Positions 31,001-38,736 of a stretch of DNA of 47,596 bases are shown one piece after another. A model generated the notes under the pieces. That model did no database searches, was not told the origin of the DNA, and worked only from the letters and a program-made list of their open reading frames with translations. Position 1 is the stretch's first letter. Each line of letters begins with the position of its first letter. The stretch spans positions 1 through 47,596 of IMG/VR virus record IMGVR_UViG_3300050498_000023. One strand, written 5' to 3'. The DNA is from a virus. Both the position numbers and the translations under genes were made by a program.

Positions 31001-32714
31001 CTGCACCACCCATTGCAAGATTAGGTCTACCAGTCTGAGGATTAACAATTACAGGCCCACCACCCCCATATCCACCTTGCCTGACCTGCATCCTGCTAAC
31101 TGGTTCTGAACCAAATGCAGGACCAGGTGTTGGATAAGTTCTCGTCAATCCATGAGCTTCGTACTCAGATACTCCTCTTACTTTCTGAGGCCATGATCCT
31201 TCTGCACCTGTTGCACTACCCGGAGGTACTCTAGTTACAGGAGCCGTAACGTAATCCTCAAATTCCTCCTGTGTAGGCTCACGTTTTAGCATTCGCCTCA
31301 GATTATCTCGTTGTTCTTCAAGAGGATCAGCCTGCATTCTACTAACTAGAGATTCCTCATCACCACCTATCTGTTCCATACGCGCACGGGCGCGTAAATC
31401 ATCTATACCAGTAGGTGGTAAGGGAGATTCCTGTAAACCCGCTTCAATATTGAATTGATCCGCTGATTGTTGACTTACAGCTCTTTGTCCTTCAGGAGTG
31501 AGTTTATCCCATCCTGTTTGAAATGGAGTTTGTTCCTGAATAGGAGGCCGTCCTGCATCTATGTTTTCATTAATCTGCTGTATACGCTGTTGCCTTGCTC
31601 TTTCCTGTAATTCTGCCTCTGCTTCTGCCCTTGCTCTAGGGTCAGCCATGTTACTAACTAGAGGTTCATCTTCACCTACAGCTACTCGCTTAAATGTAAC
31701 AGTATTAGGATTTCTATCAACTAATGTATATCCACCTTCCTCCATATTAGCGATAAAGGTGTTATTTACCCTAGCAGTCGGAACTTCAATAGTTTCTCCG
31801 GGTATTTCTCGGCGTGAGACTGGCTCCACTGAAGGCTGAATTGGAGTTGGTTCGACCTGAGTTGGAGTAGTTTCAGCATTCGTGTATAGAGGCGCAAGAT
31901 CACCACGTACCATCTGGACGTAGCCTTCAGGACTACGCAGATTTGGTACTGACACGTATCCCTGATTACGATAGTACTCTACAATCGAAGCATCAGGAGT
32001 CTTAATCGTAACTACGCGCGGTAAACCCTCTCCTGCTACTGGTTGGGAAGCAGCAACAGTAGAAATACTTAGAGATGGACGTGCAGCAGGGGGAGGCGGA
32101 GGAGCAGATACGTCAATATCAACATCAGTCTTAGGTAATGGCACATCAGGAATTTGATTCAGTTTTCTGCCGTGATAGGCACCAATCCCACCACCTGTTA
32201 CCAAACCCATCAACCCGCCTGCACCAACATTCTGTGCATATTCCTCTAGTGGCGCATCGAAACTACCAGTCTGCGCCCAATGTTGAAATGGAGTACCGGC
32301 ACCGCTTACGACTGCACCTTCAGCAGCTCCGGACAGTGCTGTTTTACCCGCATATTTAGCTATTGCGCCGAGTCCTTTACCCGCGAATTTTGCAGGTCCA
32401 AGAATAGGAGGAACAGCACCTAATGCTGTCTCTACTCCAAATTCAGCGGGATTAAATTCCCTTCCACCATACCAATTACCCAGCACATTACCTAATGCAG
32501 AGCCACCTGCACCACCCGCCATGCCACCGGGTATGCCACCAAGAATACCACCTGCTACACCACCAACTACGGCAGGTACAGTGCGTAGACCCTGTTCTAT
32601 CCACCAGTCTAGTCCTGATGGTTCAGGTTTACTTGTTTCAAATTCCGAAAAATCATACTTCGGAGTAATTGTATCGAAATCTGAAAAATCGTACTTCTTT
32701 TGGGGGCCGGCCAT
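28035..32714 (-). CDS. 1559-aa multidomain internal-virion-type protein: glycine-zipper N-terminus, Hsp90/HtpG-like GHKL ATPase domain, HExxH motif, hydrophobic C-terminal region
   Basis: Last gene of the structural operon, with TAATG coupling. Motifs are detailed in the domain features. N-terminus: [31 protein letters not shown]. Confidence 0.85.
   Translation of the reverse strand: [1559 protein letters not shown]
29544..29558 (-). other. HExxH motif (HEFNH, aa 1053-1057): possible zincin metallopeptidase site
   Basis: Context [26 protein letters not shown], a hydrophobic helix followed by HExxH. No third ligand was assigned. Confidence 0.35.
30420..30992 (-). other. Hsp90/HtpG-type GHKL (Bergerat-fold) ATPase N-domain, aa ~575-765
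   Basis: [22 protein letters not shown] (N-box E595/N599/D602). [29 protein letters not shown] (G1 box plus the AKSGT-like segment). [12 protein letters not shown] (G2 box). All three run parallel to the remembered E. coli HtpG segments [20 protein letters not shown] / [27 protein letters not shown] / IGQFGVGFYSAF. Confidence 0.7.
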
Positions 32715-34333
32715 TATTTTACATACCCCTTAGCAATGGCAAGTTGAACATTTTTATCCGTAACTACCTGTCCCTGAGCCTTTAGAAATTCCTCCGCGCG
32801 CTGCCTTAATCCAATTTTCTTAAGATCATCCAATTCTCTCTGAATAGCTGGCCTAATCTGATTAGGTGTCTTAGGATTGGCTAGAAATCCTTCTAATTCA
32901 GTTATTCTAGCTTTTTCTCTTGCTCCTTTATTTGCACCAGCAGCGGCAGCCCTAGCTCTTATGTCTGCTCTAGTTTTTTCTTCTTCTGATGTTCCGGGAA
33001 TTTTAGTAGGTCCAATTCCCTTTGATGAGGTAGTCGGAGGTGCAGGTGGAGGTGCAGTTTGTTCTTGTCTAGGAAGTGAAGGAGGAACATAATTTGGATC
33101 AATAGACTGTCTTACTCTATCCCATGCATCCACTTGAGCCTGAGTTACACCCGCACCCAATCCCCATAAACCTGTAGGACCAGCTTTAGGTCTATCTGTC
33201 ATTTGATATGTGCCATCATCATTCTTAATTATGTGCTCTCTGGCTTCAGGATCTATTGCATAGGCATTTCCTAAAATCTTCTGCATATCTCCTGATGCAG
33301 CCGTAGGTCTAGGTGGTGTTCCAGGTCTAGTTGGAGTACCTTGCGGCAGTCCCTGTACGGGAGAGAAGCTTCCATCCTCATTACGCTGGTAAGTTGTACC
33401 ATTTATTACAACTAAGTCCCTACCAGATGCTACTGCACCTGCCTGTGCAGTTTGTACTGCTGCTCTACCCTGTGCTTCACTTCGTTTTACACCCCACTCA
33501 CCGATAATGTCAAGTTCATCTGCTCTATCTATCCCACCAGATGGACCTAAATCTACTCGTTCTTGAGTACTAGGATTTATTGCTACAAATCTCGAACCAG
33601 CCTTCTCTACTGTCCATCCACTATTCTTGGCAGCATACGCACGCGCGCGTACTGAATTCACTTCCGCCGCCGCTCTATTCTTTTCTTCAGTTATTCGATT
33701 CTTCTCGTCAGCTATTCGGCTCAACTCAGCCTGTTTATTCGCCGCGGTTGTAGCATTAACAACATTTCCTGCTAATGTCCGTTCATTGATGTTTGCCGTA
33801 TTCTCGAATTGTGCAGCTTGGCTAAATGGCCCCGCTTTTGCCGTAAAATCAGCCATATCACGGTAATGAGGTGCATTTAACACTTTTTCCTGCACTTCAT
33901 AACCACCTGGAATTCCTCTACTCTTGTTACCAAGGAATGCACCGGCAGCCACGATCCTTCTACCCAATGACGGTTCTTCACGTTCAGGATATTGGTCTAA
34001 AAGTCCTCGAAATCTGTCTCTATCTACAGTAGATGGTGTATAGAATTGGTTAATAAGATCCGCCATTTCTTTTGGATCATATGCTGCATTCTGCCCCATC
34101 GGTTTAATCTGCGGAGGTGGACCCATCTGCACGTTACGTCCATAACTCGTAGGATCAAATGATGGCTTACCCGGATTTATTGCCTGAAATTCATCTGGTA
34201 TTGGCATAGGTTGAAATGGGTCATCATACGTCGGTGCATAACTACCCATGCCAAAGTCACCACCAGTAATATCTGGGGTAGACTGGAATATCTGAGGTTG
34301 GCGTAGTTTATCAATCCCGTATCTAGACGCCAT
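32714..34333 (-). CDS. 539-aa internal-virion-type protein (Pro/Gly/Ala/Gln-rich)
   Basis: The ATG at 34333 forms a TAATG overlap with the upstream stop (the track start at 34357 is rejected). It contains a coiled Ala/Asn/Arg region and a Pro-rich linker. Confidence 0.6.
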   Translation of the reverse strand: MASRYGIDKLRQPQIFQSTPDITGGDFGMGSYAPTYDDPFQPMPIPDEFQAINPGKPSFDPTSYGRNVQMGPPPQIKPMGQNAAYDPKEMADLINQFYTPSTVDRDRFRGLLDQYPEREEPSLGRRIVAAGAFLGNKSRGIPGGYEVQEKVLNAPHYRDMADFTAKAGPFSQAAQFENTANINERTLAGNVVNATTAANKQAELSRIADEKNRITEEKNRAAAEVNSVRARAYAAKNSGWTVEKAGSRFVAINPSTQERVDLGPSGGIDRADELDIIGEWGVKRSEAQGRAAVQTAQAGAVASGRDLVVINGTTYQRNEDGSFSPVQGLPQGTPTRPGTPPRPTAASGDMQKILGNAYAIDPEAREHIIKNDDGTYQMTDRPKAGPTGLWGLGAGVTQAQVDAWDRVRQSIDPNYVPPSLPRQEQTAPPPAPPTTSSKGIGPTKIPGTSEEEKTRADIRARAAAAGANKGAREKARITELEGFLANPKTPNQIRPAIQRELDDLKKIGLRQRAEEFLKAQGQVVTDKNVQLAIAKGYVK

Positions 34334-35433
34334 TAGCCGCCTCCGCCTTCTTCCCAAACATTAGATGGCCCTCGTGATGGCTGTTGTGGGCGTCTACGAT
34401 TACTCAGGAATGCATTGGCTACACCAGTACCAGTGTTAACCCAATCCATTACGTCATTACCACGCTGCATACCACGTTCCCATGCACCCGGTAATTGTTG
34501 TCCTTCCGCGCGCCGTCCCATCATGTTCAGGCCATATGTACCACCTTGGCCTACACCTTGTAACAACTGATTACCGAATGTCTCGGCCATACCCGGTGAA
34601 GTGCCGTACAGCTGAGTCATTCCACTTAATGCTCTCAATCTATCGGTGTTATTAGCCGCTGCTGATGCTGCTCCACGATTTGCACCACTTTCAGCAGCCG
34701 CATTTGCAGCCGCTTGGGCACGCGCATAAGCATCAGCATTGTACTGTTGACCCTGAAAGTCTAGTCCTGTATTGAATTTGCTGAGATCAACGTCTGCACT
34801 GAGCCGTTGACCCTCAATATTACCCATTCCAGTCAGACCAAACTGCCTACCTCTATTCCTTGCTTCTGCCAGTCCAGCTTCTACATTCTGTGTAGCATCA
34901 GCCGCAGCCTGTCCTTGTTCTCTTGCCATCTTTACCTGCGCGGCTATTGCATTAGGTGCGTAGCCACCTTGTAATGACCTTTGTCTACCTACTTCACGTT
35001 CAGCGTTAGCGTATGCCGCGCGTATAGGACTGACTCCCCTCGCACGCATATTCGCTATGTCATTAGCAGAGTATCCACCTGTGCTGGCGAATTCCTGCAT
35101 TCCTCCGTATGAAGCAAATGGATCACTGTATCCTGCTCTACCCGGAGATACAGTAAATGCGTCGAAATTACCAACAGCACCACCGCCTCCGCCACCGCCT
35201 CCACCACCTTCGCCAGCTTGTCCACCACCTGATGCAATGGACCGATACTGGTTCATAATATCGGTGTAATCACCGTAATTCGCTTCAGAACCACGACCAT
35301 AGTTCTGCGCGAATGCATTAACCATTGGTCCTTGCTGCTTTTCATATCGATTTTGCTGATAATTAGCAGCATTCTGTAACTGGCCCCGAGGATCATTTCC
35401 AGATTCGCCTGGTTTCTTGTTATTTGAACCCAT
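34333..35433 (-). CDS. 366-aa Gly/Ala/Gln/Asn-rich internal-virion-type protein
   Basis: Contains GEGGGGGGGGGGAVG and repetitive Ala/Gln/Asn helices. It lies upstream of the two larger proteins. Confidence 0.6.
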   Translation of the reverse strand: MGSNNKKPGESGNDPRGQLQNAANYQQNRYEKQQGPMVNAFAQNYGRGSEANYGDYTDIMNQYRSIASGGGQAGEGGGGGGGGGGAVGNFDAFTVSPGRAGYSDPFASYGGMQEFASTGGYSANDIANMRARGVSPIRAAYANAEREVGRQRSLQGGYAPNAIAAQVKMAREQGQAAADATQNVEAGLAEARNRGRQFGLTGMGNIEGQRLSADVDLSKFNTGLDFQGQQYNADAYARAQAAANAAAESGANRGAASAAANNTDRLRALSGMTQLYGTSPGMAETFGNQLLQGVGQGGTYGLNMMGRRAEGQQLPGAWERGMQRGNDVMDWVNTGTGVANAFLSNRRRPQQPSRGPSNVWEEGGGG

Positions 35434-35439
35434 AACTCC

Positions 35440-35823
35440 TCACAAGTCGAAAATGAGTGACTGTCCTTGGGGCAATCTGAACCCGTTTTTCATTAATCTT
35501 TTCGTGTATTTTGGATTCTGGCTCCAAACATACATCTGTTCGTAATCCGACTTCTTACACACGAAGGTATTCGCGTCTAACATCTGGTATAATGCCCGCG
35601 CTCGAACTCTAGGATCTCTACTCATGTTCGTGACTAATACGCACTCAGCTATGTCACGTATTCCGCCCGCTGTAATGATTCCTTCCTCGTCTTCCACAAC
35701 GAATGCACAGACGTATTTCATGAAATCTGGCATAGTGAATTCACCCTTGAAGTGCAACGAGTGAATTCTCTCCACTTCACTCACATCAGCGGGAGTAAGT
35801 GCGCGTATTTTATGGGAGTTCAT
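35440..35823 (-). CDS. GNAT-like acetyltransferase-fold protein (tentative)
   Basis: MNSHKIRALTPADVSEVERIH...FVVEDEEGIITAGG...LYQMLDANTFVCKKSDYEQMYVWSQNPKYTKRLMKNGFR follows the GNAT strand-helix layout. The Q/RxxGxG/A motif is not canonical. I prefer the ATG at 35823. Confidence 0.4.
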   Translation of the reverse strand: MNSHKIRALTPADVSEVERIHSLHFKGEFTMPDFMKYVCAFVVEDEEGIITAGGIRDIAECVLVTNMSRDPRVRARALYQMLDANTFVCKKSDYEQMYVWSQNPKYTKRLMKNGFRLPQGQSLIFDL

Positions 35824-36433
35824 AGAATCCACTAATTGTAATGACTTGACCAGACGCCAATGCAGCCGGTGCCGCACCACTATAGAGATTCGCACTATTA
35901 TGTATCAGCAATACAACACCGGCTCCGAATGCTTGCGCGGTCATACCCTGATAAGTAGGTGAACCATTCCAAATTGCAGGCATTGCTATCGTTCCAGTAA
36001 ATGCTGTAGGTAAGCTGAATGTATAGAATCCACTTCCTGCCGCAGTCGTAGTTCCAGGATTGAATGCAATCGTGCAGTATACAGTTTTACCGATAGTCAT
36101 GAATCGGCCTGTTAATGTTCCATTATTGAGCGCAAAGCCTCCACCTGATGCAGTTATTACTGGTGTAAAAGGCTGCCACACCCCCTGAGATTGCCAGTTA
36201 GTATTGAAATTAGTTGCATCAATCTTTGTTAATACTTGTCCAGCAGTACCACCAACTGGAACACCCGGACCTGTCGGACCTTGTATACCTTGTGGTCCCT
36301 GTGAACCTGTAGCTCCTGTATCTCCTTTATCTCCTTTAGGGCCAGTAGGCCCAGCAGGACCAACTGGTCCCTCACTGAGTGGATTCCAGATAGGAACCCA
36401 ATTAGTAGTTGCAGGATCAGGAATATCAACCAT
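35810..36433 (-). CDS. Collagen-like repeat tail fibre protein (short)
   Basis: GPVGPAGPTGPKGDKGDTGATGSQGPQGIQGPTGPG G-X-Y repeats followed by a beta-rich C-terminal domain. Confidence 0.7.
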   Translation of the reverse strand: MVDIPDPATTNWVPIWNPLSEGPVGPAGPTGPKGDKGDTGATGSQGPQGIQGPTGPGVPVGGTAGQVLTKIDATNFNTNWQSQGVWQPFTPVITASGGGFALNNGTLTGRFMTIGKTVYCTIAFNPGTTTAAGSGFYTFSLPTAFTGTIAMPAIWNGSPTYQGMTAQAFGAGVVLLIHNSANLYSGAAPAALASGQVITISGFYELP

Positions 36434-36785
36434 TTCTCTTACTCGATGTTTGTAACCACTCTATTGTTTCTAACGCATTACGCGCAGGAGTACCAGTATG
36501 CCACGGAACCTGAGCTAAATAGTTGAATAACATGTCAAATTCAACCATGCTAATCTGTAATTGCCTACTTCCTTCCTTTTTCAGTTGTCTCTCTGATTCT
36601 CCATTGATCATTTTCTTGCCACATGACTTCAATTCACTGATACTCTCTAATTTCTCGAATAGTCCTACTTCAGTGCGAAGTATCTGCATTCCTTTAGTCT
36701 GTTGTAACGACCCTCCAAGTACGAATCCAACGAAACAGAACTGAAAATGACGTTCACCCATCTCATCTTCAAAGTTTAGAATCAT
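36426..36785 (-). CDS. 119-aa hypothetical protein between the two fibre genes (assembly-factor candidate)
   Basis: Coupled ORF; the suggestion rests on position only. Confidence 0.45.
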   Translation of the reverse strand: MILNFEDEMGERHFQFCFVGFVLGGSLQQTKGMQILRTEVGLFEKLESISELKSCGKKMINGESERQLKKEGSRQLQISMVEFDMLFNYLAQVPWHTGTPARNALETIEWLQTSSKRNG

Positions 36786-36787
36786 AA

Positions 36788-38422
36788 CTAATTCTTCTGA
36801 CAGAAATACACGTCAATAAATGGTGGCAGATTAGATGCCGCCGCTGACACGCCCGTAACAGGAGGCGCTTCACTACTTATTGGACCTGAACCTGCACCCG
36901 ATCCGCTGAAATTATGTGAGTGATCTCCTCTTGAATCAGTGTCCGAGTCAATTGTTCCACTAAAGTTGTGAGTGTGACTCGCCGCATTAGTCTGAAAACT
37001 TCCACCAGCATCAGCCGTGTTCGCTGCGCCTGTAGATGCTGTTGTGCCAGCAAATGGTGCGCTCAAATGATGATTATGATTCCCAGCGTTGTTAGTAGAT
37101 CCACTGACATTCACGCTGACATTGACGTTACCACCATGATTATGCGAACCTGCTGCAAAAGTGCCCGGACCATGTGAGTGTGTTGCTGCTCCACCAGTTC
37201 CACCCGGAGCACCACTACGTATAAAGAGTCCATCCCAATTCACCCTTGTCCATCCAACTGGACAAGGTGACATACTAATAACAATCAATCCACTCGGAAA
37301 TGATTCTAATGACTGCCACGTTGAATCACCACGTAAGAATGTGGATGCATTCGGCGTTCCGCTACCTAATCTACTTGGATTAACTAGTCCAGTCGTGATA
37401 TTCGATCCATTTAGATTCGTTACATCTGCGCCATTGCCTAGCAGGAATGGTGCAACAAATTGTCCAACTCTTGTGTATGCAAATTGGGCCTGATTAGTTC
37501 CAAAGCCATCAGTCCATGCCTCAACATAAAGATTACCATCCTGATAATTAATCATTCTCCAGATACGTTTATTGACTGGAGCAGCAGTATCATGAAATTC
37601 TAATGCACCATAACTTCCAGAAATTCTAGTAAAAGCAGCAAGAGTCTGTGGTACAAACATGTTATCGATGTTCTTCAGTGCTACGTTAGAAGTCAATCGA
37701 TTATCTGGTAGTATTCCAGTCGTATCAGTTAGTGGTATTGTCGCGACTACACTTGGTTCACCCGCAGTTGATCTTACATAGCCAGTTCCGAGCGCACCTA
37801 ATGGACGCGCATTCGGTAGACTCGCGTGTGGTGAAACTAACCAATATGTAGCATCTGCTACAGCTCCACCTGCTGGTCCGGGTGGTCCTTGTGGTCCTAT
37901 TGGTCCTACTATACCTTGTGGACCTGTAGGGCCAGTAGGTCCGGGTGGTCCCGGTGGACCTGTAACTGTTGCAATACCTACACCGGGCCATGTTACAGGA
38001 GGATCATTAGTCGGTTTTACACACAGATAAGCAATATTATCTGGACCAATGATTACATCTCCGTCACTGTAGAGAGGACCGGCTGCGAAATTCCCTAAAT
38101 ACTCTAAATCTAAATCTATCGTTCTCTTGTTGGCAACTGTATCATCGAATTTCAGTCCAAATCTTGCAAGGAACTGACGTGAATTCGGTAATATCGATGC
38201 TTCATTATCTTCAGTTAGGTATGAGGCCGCATCACTCGCGCCGCCACCTCCCGGTCCACCACCTATTATGGTTGTACTCGAAACAGCAGCCTGAGCACCT
38301 GATAATCGTTCAATAATTTCCTGAACGACTTGGTACAGAGAACCATCAACGTCCCTAGATTGTGCTAGAGTACTTTTTAAGTCCGCAAATTGCGGCGGCT
38401 TAGTTGAACGCTTCTGCACCAT
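36788..38422 (-). CDS. Collagen-like repeat tail fibre with tail-collar-like region and an HxH-repeat tip
   Basis: [31 protein letters not shown]. The [18 protein letters not shown] segment is collar-like. Five HxH motifs are present (HSH, HNH, HNHH, HTH, HSH). Confidence 0.75.
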   Translation of the reverse strand: MVQKRSTKPPQFADLKSTLAQSRDVDGSLYQVVQEIIERLSGAQAAVSSTTIIGGGPGGGGASDAASYLTEDNEASILPNSRQFLARFGLKFDDTVANKRTIDLDLEYLGNFAAGPLYSDGDVIIGPDNIAYLCVKPTNDPPVTWPGVGIATVTGPPGPPGPTGPTGPQGIVGPIGPQGPPGPAGGAVADATYWLVSPHASLPNARPLGALGTGYVRSTAGEPSVVATIPLTDTTGILPDNRLTSNVALKNIDNMFVPQTLAAFTRISGSYGALEFHDTAAPVNKRIWRMINYQDGNLYVEAWTDGFGTNQAQFAYTRVGQFVAPFLLGNGADVTNLNGSNITTGLVNPSRLGSGTPNASTFLRGDSTWQSLESFPSGLIVISMSPCPVGWTRVNWDGLFIRSGAPGGTGGAATHSHGPGTFAAGSHNHGGNVNVSVNVSGSTNNAGNHNHHLSAPFAGTTASTGAANTADAGGSFQTNAASHTHNFSGTIDSDTDSRGDHSHNFSGSGAGSGPISSEAPPVTGVSAAASNLPPFIDVYFCQKN

Positions 38423-38424
38423 GA

Positions 38425-38736
38425 CTATGAACCGGGATATGACTTGTATATTTCCTTCGTAAAGATTACAATTCGGTTAATTCTGAAGTAGTCGCCCTGA
38501 TTGACAGTTTTCAGTTCAAATGATGCGCGCTGCTCAACAAAATTCACTATGCGAGTAGGAGAATACCTGTTGCTAAGAGCCATAGGTAGAGGATCTAACG
38601 CCTTAGAGCGCATATCATCGAGTGAAAACACAGCAATTCTCAACTCTCCCGCACCAGTCAATCGAATGCGTATCGTGGAGAAATGAGTAGTAGCCTCACC
38701 CGAACTTTGCTCTGATACCGCAGCACCTACTGGCAT
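38425..38736 (-). CDS. 103-aa hypothetical virion-module protein
   Basis: Tightly packed ORF in the structural operon. Confidence 0.5.
   Translation of the reverse strand: MPVGAAVSEQSSGEATTHFSTIRIRLTGAGELRIAVFSLDDMRSKALDPLPMALSNRYSPTRIVNFVEQRASFELKTVNQGDYFRINRIVIFTKEIYKSYPGS

Noticed and set aside
28035-32714. Tape-measure protein interpretation of the 1559-aa ORF
   Set aside because: It lies after the fibre genes at the operon end rather than between tail-chaperone and baseplate genes. No sheath, tube or chaperone-frameshift genes exist, and the protein contains globular enzymatic-type domains. An internal-core or ejection role fits better, though it remains unproven.
35055-35269. Poly-Gly/poly-Pro run (GGGGGGGGGG on the minus strand, PPPPPPPPPPP in plus ORF 35057..35269) as a slippage-prone repeat
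   Set aside because: The DNA is not a homopolymer or a perfect short tandem repeat (mixed ggt/ggc/gga codons). The plus-strand ORF is simply the antisense of the Gly run in the 366-aa gene.
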